A stretch of DNA of 64,000 nt from an uncultured Candidatus Saccharibacteria bacterium (lineage in GTDB: Bacteria; Patescibacteriota; Minisyncoccia; Phycocordibacterales; UBA918). Location of the stretch: NCBI GenBank assembly GCA_964425625.1, contig CAYRMI010000004.1:5444-69443 (forward strand). Reading direction: 5' to 3'. The notes under the pieces were generated by a model. The model did not search any database and had not been told where the DNA came from. It saw only the letters and a program-made list of their open reading frames with translations. Both the position numbers and the translations under genes were made by a program. Below are positions 34,234 to 41,135 of the stretch, piece by piece; the stretch's first letter is position 1, and the number at the start of each line of letters is the position of its first letter.

Positions 34234-34578
34234 CTACAGCTCGTTATATTTTGTAGCTACGCCTTTTGCCTTTTCGACTGGGTACTTCTGTTCATTCTTA
34301 TCCATCTTCCGACCAAGAGCATCTATTAAGTCAATGTCGTAGTGGTTTGCTAGCATTATGATCCAGTACAAAACGTCTGCCAGCTCATCGCGAACGTTAT
34401 CCTCTTTACCTTTTGCTACCTGATTATCTTTTGTCCATTGAAATAGCTCAAGCACTTCTGATGCTTCTAGTTGGAGTGAAAGTGCTAGATTTTTTGGGTC
34501 ATGGAATTGCGCCCAGTCTCGTTCAAGATTAAACTTCTTAATACGTGCAGTTACTCTATTTAAGTCAGTTTGATTCAT
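34234..34578 (-). CDS. MazG-like nucleoside triphosphate pyrophosphohydrolase (all-alpha NTP-PPase)
   Basis: ERDWAQFHDPKNLALSLQLEASEVLELFQW ... NVRDELADVLYWIIMLANHYDIDL carries the EExxE/ExxD metal-binding helices of the MazG/YpjD family. Stop overlaps the start of 31928..34231 (ATGA), consistent with translational coupling. Confidence 0.65.
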   Translation of the reverse strand: MNQTDLNRVTARIKKFNLERDWAQFHDPKNLALSLQLEASEVLELFQWTKDNQVAKGKEDNVRDELADVLYWIIMLANHYDIDLIDALGRKMDKNEQKYPVEKAKGVATKYNEL

Positions 34579-34619
34579 GGTTTATACTAAAATGTAACAT
34601 TTTAAAGCTTAATCCTCAA

Positions 34620-34766
34620 TTGATCATAAGGAATTCCCTAATCAGATACAGCGTAGCGAGGTTTTTCAGGATAAGGAGCGGGATGCCGAGCTGGAAGTAC
34701 CAGCGCTTTGTTTTGTGCCAGAAGATAAGCATGTGACATAGACGCCGACACTGCCGGAGATGGTAG
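34620..34766 (-). pseudogene. Degraded duplicate of the 3' end of the DUF1294 gene. First copy of a roughly 145-bp direct repeat; second copy at 35369-35505.
   Basis: About 85% nucleotide identity to 35369-35505. A 1-nt deletion (ATGTCACATGC versus ACGCCGGGATGC) breaks the DUF1294 reading frame. Confidence 0.55.
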
Positions 34767-34771
34767 TCAAA

Positions 34772-35203
34772 CTAATACAGAAAATCCCAGACAGAAACAA
34801 CTAGAATCGCGATAAGGACAATAAGGAAAATATATCCTGTCCACCAAAGTCCCTGATGAATACTTTGTTTAATTGTAAGTGGTTCGGTTTCTACTGGTTC
34901 TTTGATTATAGAGAAGTCGTCAACTTCACTTTGAAAGATGACTTCTGGTTCGGCTGGTTCTTTGTGTCGGCTTTTGTAATAAATCAAATAAGTAATTAGA
35001 CAAAATGAACTAAAGATAATGCCAAAGACAGGCCAAGCATAAAAGAATGTTTCGTTGTCTACAAAAAAGACCGGAATGAGGGAAAAGGCAATGAGAAATA
35101 ATCCAAAGGTAATGTATACCAACAATGGACGAAGCCACTCATGCCAAATTGCCTGGTTGGTATCGTAGAGAGCTTGATTGAGATGACGGAGAAAGTTTTT
35201 CAC
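34772..35203 (-). CDS. Hypothetical membrane protein (3 TM)
   Basis: 143-aa ORF with LLVYITFGLFLIAFSLIPVFFV, WPVFGIIFSSFCLITYLIYY and GYIFLIVLIAILVVSVW. Lies between the two direct-repeat copies. Confidence 0.4.
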   Translation of the reverse strand: MKNFLRHLNQALYDTNQAIWHEWLRPLLVYITFGLFLIAFSLIPVFFVDNETFFYAWPVFGIIFSSFCLITYLIYYKSRHKEPAEPEVIFQSEVDDFSIIKEPVETEPLTIKQSIHQGLWWTGYIFLIVLIAILVVSVWDFLY

Positions 35204-35359
35204 TTGTATAGATAATAGAAGCTTAATTATATAATAAACAATTAACTGAAACTATTTCTTCACTTATTGAATAGAGACTTAAGAGCAATTCCATTCCATT
35301 TACTTACTGGCTCACTACTTAGAGCCCTTTTACCCAAGAATATAAGTACTATCTGGTAC

Positions 35360-35644
35360 TCATAGTAGTAATTCCCTGAGCAGATACAGCGTAGCAAGGT
35401 TTTGCAAGATAAGGAGCGGGATACCGAGCTGGAAGTACCAGCTCTTTGTCTTATGCCGGAAGATAAGCATCCCGGCGTACACGCCGACACTCCCCCCGAT
35501 GGTAGCGATGAAGAAGATCAGTCCTTCGGGGATACGGTGACTGTGTTCGCTGCGGGTAGACCGCCGTTTGTCATTGGCCATGACTAGAAAGGTAATGATG
35601 TTTATCACTGCCAGAGCGCCGATGATAATATGTTCGGTGGTCAT
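35360..35644 (-). CDS. DUF1294 family small membrane protein
   Basis: ANDKRRSTRSEHSHRIPEGLIFFIATIGGSVGVYAGMLIFRHKTKSWYF matches the DUF1294 consensus DKRxAxRxxxRIPExxLxxLxLLGGWxGAxxAMxxFRHKTxKxxF. Confidence 0.55.
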   Translation of the reverse strand: MTTEHIIIGALAVINIITFLVMANDKRRSTRSEHSHRIPEGLIFFIATIGGSVGVYAGMLIFRHKTKSWYFQLGIPLLILQNLATLYLLRELLL

Positions 35645-35662
35645 GTTAAGTTTGCATCGATT

Positions 35663-36565
35663 TTATTCATTACCAAGCTTTTGTAATGACTGTAGTCTAC
35701 TGTACCAGTCAACTGGAAATCCCATATTAGATACATCAATACTGTGTTCGACTATAAGTTGATTTAACTTTTCCAGCCATGAAGAAGTTGGATTGACTTC
35801 ATTTAAGATTATTTGAAGCACAATCAGATGGTTATAAAGATGATTATTTTTTGTAAAAAACTTAATAAATTTCCGGTGATCCATGCGCGGAGTAAATACT
35901 AGTTCGCGATTCCATAGTCGGCTATGATGGGCACAATTATTTCGTAACACAGATAGAGCATGCATCCAACTCATAACGAATTGCTCGTCAGAGGAAAAGG
36001 TTCGCGCTATAAGGTTTTTGTACTCGCGCTTCAATGATTTCGAAAACTTTACCGTCTGCCCGAATGATAGTATCTCAACCATAGCCCAGATGGGTGGCAA
36101 TGTAGGGTCACTGTATTTTTGCGCATAATGCAGGATACTAATTTCTCTACTATGATTAACTTCATCCATAAACATCTGCTGTATTTCACTATAAAGAAAT
36201 TTATCCTTGAATAACTCTATTGCTTGGTGGGGATGAGATTTATTAGTCTCAACTGAAAGCATATACGTGACCCTTGCCTTGAAAGATTTTTCCACTCTCT
36301 CTAATAAATCTAGCAGCAGAAAGCGGAGCTTATTATCAAAAGTATAAATCTTAATAACATCAGAAAAAGTTGTCCCCGCTCGGAATACGTCGTCTACCTG
36401 AAAAAATTTAAAGTAGATTGAAAGATGATAGTAATTTACATTTTTTAGCCAATATCGCAATTCAGCTTCGTCATCAATTACCAATCCTCGCTCACGAAGA
36501 CGATTCACTTGCTCGTCAATTGATAGTGGAGGTTTAGTATATGTTAACGGTATGTTCTCACTCAT
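35663..36565 (-). CDS. Abi_2 family abortive-infection protein (AbiD/AbiF-like)
   Basis: LSIDEQVNRLRERGLVIDDEAELRYWLKNVNYYHLSIY, FDNKLRFLLLDLLERVEKSFKARVTYML and WMHALSVLRNNCAHHSRLWNR are characteristic Abi_2 blocks. Start taken at MSENIPLTYTKPP (M8 of track ORF 35663..36586). Confidence 0.8.
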   Translation of the reverse strand: MSENIPLTYTKPPLSIDEQVNRLRERGLVIDDEAELRYWLKNVNYYHLSIYFKFFQVDDVFRAGTTFSDVIKIYTFDNKLRFLLLDLLERVEKSFKARVTYMLSVETNKSHPHQAIELFKDKFLYSEIQQMFMDEVNHSREISILHYAQKYSDPTLPPIWAMVEILSFGQTVKFSKSLKREYKNLIARTFSSDEQFVMSWMHALSVLRNNCAHHSRLWNRELVFTPRMDHRKFIKFFTKNNHLYNHLIVLQIILNEVNPTSSWLEKLNQLIVEHSIDVSNMGFPVDWYSRLQSLQKLGNE

Positions 36566-36835
36566 AAACTTATGATATTTTACCATCTTTATTCTGTTGA
36601 CTACATAGGTTGCAATTTACAATTTTGGTAGTAAAGTGTATATATCAACACCCGCCGCGCCTCTGCTTGCAAGCGAACCCGGCGGGTTTGTGTATCTACT
36701 ACTTTGCATGACAATATTAAAGTCAAATATATATTGTTTGATTAAGAAAAAAGGGTTATCGAATGTCTAATCGATAACCTCTTTTTTGATTTTATATTTC
36801 CTAAATTTAGTGAATTATTATTAGGTAAAATTTAT

Positions 36836-37828
36836 TTACTTATCCCAGGTAAAGTCGTTGCCGAAGTGGCCGTAGCGGGCGGTCTCTCCGAATTGCGGTT
36901 CTCTGAGGTTTAGTTGCTCGATGATGGCGCGGGGGCTGAGGTCGTAGCCCTGCACTACTTCTTCCCTACCATCTAGGCTGACGGTCGCCATGAGTGGCTC
37001 CGCTAAGCCAATGGCGTAGGCTAGGTGGACGTACACTTCGTGAGCGCCACTTTTATTGAGGTAGTCTACTGCGATTTTGCGTGCCATGTAGGCGGCACTA
37101 CGATCGACCTTGGTGGCGTCTTTCCCAGAAAAGCAGCCACCACCAAGGGGAATGTGTGGCCCGTAGTTGTCGACTGCTAGTTTGCGGCCAGTAAGGCCGG
37201 TGTCGGCTTCAAAGCCACCGATGGTCCAAGAACCGTTCGGGTTTTGGAGCCAGATGTCATTGATGTCGCTAATGGTCGGGTGCAGGTAGGGAGAGAGCTC
37301 GCTTTCTATCGCTTCCTTGAGATGGACGTCGCTCATGTCGCCACTTTGACAGAGTGAAGTGAGGATTTGTACCACCTGGCCGTCTTTGAGGGTTACCTGG
37401 GCCTTCCCGTCGTGCTTACCCATAGCTTTAGTGAGCGTCCGGGCCAGGACTACTTCTAATGGTAGGAGTTCTTTGGTGGCGCTGGTGGCGTAGCCGACCA
37501 TGATGCCTTGGTCCCCGGCTCCGTCTTGGTCTACCCCACTGCCGATCTCCGGGCTTTGCTCGACGACGTTAAGGGTAATACCAATCGGGGCGTTGTAGCC
37601 TAAGCTGGCATAGACTTCCTTGGCAATCTGCCGGAGGTTTACCTGGGCGCGCGTGGTGAGCTCGCCGGTAATGGTGATAAGGCCGTGTCCGCCCATGGTC
37701 TCGATAGCGGCGCGGGTCTTCGGATCTTCTCTTAGACAAGCATCGAGGATAGCGTCGCTGATTTGGTCACATACTTTATCTGGGTGTGAAGGGGTAACGG
37801 ATTCGGCGGTTCGATATTGCGTCTTCAT
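36836..37828 (-). CDS. metK: S-adenosylmethionine synthetase (compact 330-aa form)
   Basis: SHPDKVCDQISDA, GAGDQGIMVGYA and GGGCFSGKDATKVDRSAAY are MetK signature motifs. The gene is markedly GC-richer than its neighbours. Confidence 0.9.
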   Translation of the reverse strand: MKTQYRTAESVTPSHPDKVCDQISDAILDACLREDPKTRAAIETMGGHGLITITGELTTRAQVNLRQIAKEVYASLGYNAPIGITLNVVEQSPEIGSGVDQDGAGDQGIMVGYATSATKELLPLEVVLARTLTKAMGKHDGKAQVTLKDGQVVQILTSLCQSGDMSDVHLKEAIESELSPYLHPTISDINDIWLQNPNGSWTIGGFEADTGLTGRKLAVDNYGPHIPLGGGCFSGKDATKVDRSAAYMARKIAVDYLNKSGAHEVYVHLAYAIGLAEPLMATVSLDGREEVVQGYDLSPRAIIEQLNLREPQFGETARYGHFGNDFTWDK

Positions 37829-37850
37829 AGGTTAAAGGTTGGTTTAGTTA

Positions 37851-38000
37851 AATAAAAACAATCTCAGACGGAAAGAGATTGTTTTTACACAGTGAATCTT
37901 TCCCTTGCGGGCTGGATGAAGCACTTTGCCATTGGCAAGTTGCTGGACGACTTAGTGGGCCAGGACCCTATTCGTCTCTCTTGATTCGTATGAGATTGTC
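37851..38000 (-). ncRNA. SAM-I (S-box) riboswitch with intrinsic terminator in the metK leader
   Basis: Minus-strand leader reads CAUACGAAUCAAGAGAGACGAAUAGGGUCCUGGCCCACUAAGUCGUCCAGCAACUUGCCAAUGGCAAAGUGCUUCAUCCAGCCCGCAAGGGAAAGAUUCAC. This matches S-box blocks AUCNAGAGNGG..GAGGGANNGGCCC..UGA..CC..GCAACC, GGUGCNAANNCC and GAANGAU. It is followed by terminator AACAAUCUC-UUUCCGUCU-GAGAUUGUU plus UUUUAUUU, 40 nt before the metK ATG. An upstream GACAAUCUCA can pair with the terminator 3' strand as an alternative structure. Confidence 0.7.
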
Positions 38001-38050
38001 AAAGGATATAACTGTGTGGTTTGGGTTTTGGTTACCAGCTTTTATTCTGT

Positions 38051-38110
38051 TCACGATTATAGCAAGTATAATCGTGAAAAATGTCAAAAAATCGTGCTTT
38101 TTCACGATTA
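38051..38110. promoter_or_regulatory. Pair of inverted repeats sharing the half-site AATCGTGA around the metK promoter -10 (TATAAT), and the rhodanese-gene terminator
   Basis: + strand TCACGATTATA-GCAAG-TATAATCGTGA has 11-bp perfect arms. AAATCGTG-CTTTTT-CACGATTT is an 8-bp stem followed, on the minus strand, by a T-run, so it is the terminator of the rhodanese gene 38206..38478. Minus-strand TTGACA and TATAAT hexamers overlap the first palindrome. Confidence 0.45.
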
Positions 38111-38205
38111 TGATGGGCTTTTAGAGAAGATCCTGGGTGTTTTCATTTAATTGGTTGAGTTTTTTAAATTTATTTCAAATACCGGTTGGCCTTCGTCGAC
38201 CATAG

Positions 38206-38478
38206 TTAGCCAATCATTCCACCCTCGAGCAAATCAACCTGATAACCTAAGTCCTTAAGGATATGATTTACTGGGTAGCAACGCCCGCCACTATAACAAA
38301 CCGTCACAATCAGCTTATCCTTTGGTAACTGCTCAACTTCAGCCAAGAGTAGTAACTGTTGCAGGGGTATATGAATGGCACCGGGTAAGGACGGTAATTG
38401 AATCAGTTCAAAATCTTCTCGTATATCGACAAGCATATAATCGTCTTTGTCGATAGCTTTGAGCTCTTCTCTGGTCAT
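38206..38478 (-). CDS. Single-domain rhodanese-like sulfurtransferase
   Basis: 90-aa protein with rhodanese fold features and active-site loop VCYSGGRC. Confidence 0.65.
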   Translation of the reverse strand: MTREELKAIDKDDYMLVDIREDFELIQLPSLPGAIHIPLQQLLLLAEVEQLPKDKLIVTVCYSGGRCYPVNHILKDLGYQVDLLEGGMIG

Positions 38479-38592
38479 ACCAGTATTCTAGACTACCGGT
38501 GGGTTATTACAAGAAACTATCAGATAGTCTCATAAAATCTCTATAGTATCTCTATAGCCTCGAAGTTTACGGCTGTAACTTATGTAATCAAA

Positions 38593-39114
38593 CTAATCAC
38601 TAGAAGATATCGTGGCCTGATGATGGGCAGTTTTTTGTGCTTCTGATTCTGTTTGGTTGTCAACTTTAGAAAACTCTCGTAATTCATCCTTGTGTTTGAA
38701 GTGTGGAATGCGAGGGATGAAAATAGAGGCCAAACTGGCAATGATAGCTATCTGATAGTACCCAAAGCCGATAGCCATACCCAAAGCGCCGGAAAACCAA
38801 ATACTAGCAGCTGTGGTGAGGTTTCGGATTGATGCTCCTTCCTTGATAATTAAGCCAGCTCCAAGAAAGCCGATACCCGTCACTACCTGAGCGGCGATGC
38901 GAGATTGTGAAGCTGGGTCAACTGTCATAGACATAAAGGTAAAGAGCATGGCGCCACAAATAACAAAAGAGTTCGTACTAATACCGGCGTCCTTACCGCG
39001 AGACTCTCGTTCAATACCAATAATCGTACCCAGAGCAATCGCAATCAATAGATCAACAATAAATGTTATTGTCGTAGGTTGAATGGCTATAAACGAAGTT
39101 AATATTTCAGACAT
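38593..39114 (-). CDS. mgtC: MgtC/SapB family membrane protein
   Basis: LLIAIALGTIIGIERESRGKDAGISTNSFVICGAMLFTF ... VVTGIGFLGAGLIIKEG ... IWFSGALGMAIGFGYY is an MgtC signature. Start at MSEILTSF (M16 of track ORF). Confidence 0.75.
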   Translation of the reverse strand: MSEILTSFIAIQPTTITFIVDLLIAIALGTIIGIERESRGKDAGISTNSFVICGAMLFTFMSMTVDPASQSRIAAQVVTGIGFLGAGLIIKEGASIRNLTTAASIWFSGALGMAIGFGYYQIAIIASLASIFIPRIPHFKHKDELREFSKVDNQTESEAQKTAHHQATISSSD

Positions 39115-39176
39115 ATTTAAATAATAGTACCTAAAGATACTTAGGTTGCAAGAAATCAAAGTGCTAATTAACCTAA

Positions 39177-40106
39177 CTAGAGCGTCTGACCACTTTCTCT
39201 CGCTTGTAGCTTGGTTAGGGCCTCATTGAAGGCATTGGTGGTGAGGCTTGAGCCACCGACACGGCTGAGTGGTACGAGAGTAGCAAACGGTTGATTGGCG
39301 ACAATGGCATTTACATTGGTGACGAACTCAGCGATTTTGCCTTGGTTGTTGGGGTCAATATCGGCGGCGTGGACTGATGAAATATTACCGGCCTGATCGA
39401 GTTTGAAGGTAAATTGCATGTTATGGGTGCCTCCCGGATATTCGAAGCCAACAGTTTCTTGGAGTTCCCGATACTGCGCTACTGGGACAGTAGCTTGTTC
39501 TTGTTGGCGGGTCTCACGTGCCATCCGTTCATTTCTAATCAGTCCGTAGACGGTAAGAAGGAGCAAAATAAGAATTGCGCCAATAAATATGATTTTACGA
39601 CGTCCATTTAAATAGCCCATAGTTGATGCTTGGTGGATTAATTTGATAATTCCGGCCACCGCAAATATAGCGATGATGTAGCCGATTAAATAGGTACTAA
39701 ATGAGTATGATAACTCTCCGGCCACGCCTAGTACCGTTGCTCCCCACCAAGAAGTAAAAGAGATACTAGAACCTAACCATAAAGGCACCCAGCGCTTTTG
39801 TAGAGCTAGGGCGTTAATAAAAATAGTGACAAACATTAATTCCTTAATCCAGAGCTTTTCACTAGTAAAAAGAATATTGCTACCTTGCATTTCAAAGTAC
39901 CAGTACATACCAAGGACTGATACTAGTAAAATTGCCATACCAATCCGAATCATGCCGTAGTTGACGTGCATCATGACCCTTTCCTCTTCACTAATTTTTT
40001 TATCTTTTAGAGCGCGATAAATTTGTAGTTCAGCTAAAGTGGCTCCGCCGGTACCAATTACAGTACCAACTACATGGAGGAGGACAAGAAAACTATATAT
40101 TTCCAT
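39177..40106 (-). CDS. Hypothetical membrane protein with C-terminal extracytoplasmic domain
   Basis: Roughly 6 TM helices, then a soluble C-terminal region. The track ORF begins at a TTG. ATG 40106 (MEIYSFLV) is preferred, with a TATAAT hexamer just upstream. Confidence 0.4.
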   Translation of the reverse strand: MEIYSFLVLLHVVGTVIGTGGATLAELQIYRALKDKKISEEERVMMHVNYGMIRIGMAILLVSVLGMYWYFEMQGSNILFTSEKLWIKELMFVTIFINALALQKRWVPLWLGSSISFTSWWGATVLGVAGELSYSFSTYLIGYIIAIFAVAGIIKLIHQASTMGYLNGRRKIIFIGAILILLLLTVYGLIRNERMARETRQQEQATVPVAQYRELQETVGFEYPGGTHNMQFTFKLDQAGNISSVHAADIDPNNQGKIAEFVTNVNAIVANQPFATLVPLSRVGGSSLTTNAFNEALTKLQARESGQTL

Positions 40107-40273
40107 TCTATTATTATACGCCTTAGATATTTGCTTATCACCCGTAATTATCAACAAACTAGGTACATAGGTTGCAAAAATGCACTACCATAAGTGTGCT
40201 GGTCGGAGATTGCTATCGTAGCTGAGCTGGGCTATTGTATGAAGATTATACTTCACAATAAATCTGATAATTC

Positions 40274-40879
40274 ATGCAAAAATACATACTTTTAGCTCTT
40301 TCCGTTGGCTTTGTCCTCGGCGCAACTGGTACTTACCTGCTGACTCGTGAACCAGTAAAAGATAAAAATGACTTAATTAGTGAGTTTTATGCCATTGAGA
40401 ATGCAGTACATGTTAGTCCGCATGGTTTACGTTCTTACATGTCCAAAGGTGAAACTAGCAAGTTTGTCTTAGTGGACTTGCGTAGCCAAGAGGAGTATGA
40501 GACAGCTCATATCGTCACTGCTCTCAATGTACCAGCCTACAAAGATCCTAATACATCTGCTTATGATGAAGTCGAAAGAATTGTCGGTGGATTTAGAGAA
40601 ATCCTAGCTGAAAATCCAAACAAAGATATTATTGTATATTGTTACAGTACCCCTTGCATGACCGGCCGGAAGATTGGTCAGATGTTGGCTGAAAATGGTA
40701 TCTATGTAAAACATCTAGGTATTGGTTGGAATGAGTGGCGTTATGCTTGGAACATGTGGAATCATGATGGTGAGGCCAAGACAGTAGTTGATGATTATAT
40801 TGCTACTGGAACCGAACCAGGTGTGCCACCCAAGCCAGACTTTCTGCCGACTTGCGCTGATGGGGTGTTTGGTTGCTAA
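40274..40879 (+). CDS. Membrane-anchored rhodanese-like domain protein
   Basis: N-terminal TM LLALSVGFVLGATGTYLL. Rhodanese fold with active-site region IIVYCYSTPCMTGRK. Confidence 0.6.
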   Translation: MQKYILLALSVGFVLGATGTYLLTREPVKDKNDLISEFYAIENAVHVSPHGLRSYMSKGETSKFVLVDLRSQEEYETAHIVTALNVPAYKDPNTSAYDEVERIVGGFREILAENPNKDIIVYCYSTPCMTGRKIGQMLAENGIYVKHLGIGWNEWRYAWNMWNHDGEAKTVVDDYIATGTEPGVPPKPDFLPTCADGVFGC

Positions 40880-40994
40880 TAATTAAGTCGATATTCACTA
40901 TAAAACTGCCATGGCTTTGCCATGGTTTTATAAGATATTCGTCGCACCGATTGAATTTAATGGAAGAATATTCGTAGGACCCAGAAGCCCGCTT

Positions 40995-41030
40995 TATTTA
41001 TAGAAGCGGGCTTCCATGTGGGTAAGTTCC
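40995..41030. terminator. Hairpin between convergent genes (putative bidirectional terminator or structured element)
   Basis: GAAGCCCGC-TTTATTTATAGAA-GCGGGCTTC is a 9-bp stem nested inside an outer TCGTAGGA ... TCCTACGA pairing. No strong U-tract on either strand. Confidence 0.35.
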
Positions 41031-41135
41031 TACGATGCAGAGCATCGCATAATCATATTAACACCCCTTCCCCACTCTATCCACAGTCAAATCGACACTT
41101 TTCCACAGCTTTGTTAACAGTTATCATAAATACGA

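Noticed and set aside
37879-38124. 81-aa + strand ORF
   Set aside because: Overlaps the antisense of the SAM-I riboswitch, metK promoter palindromes and the rhodanese terminator. No RBS. Hydrophobic nonsense product.
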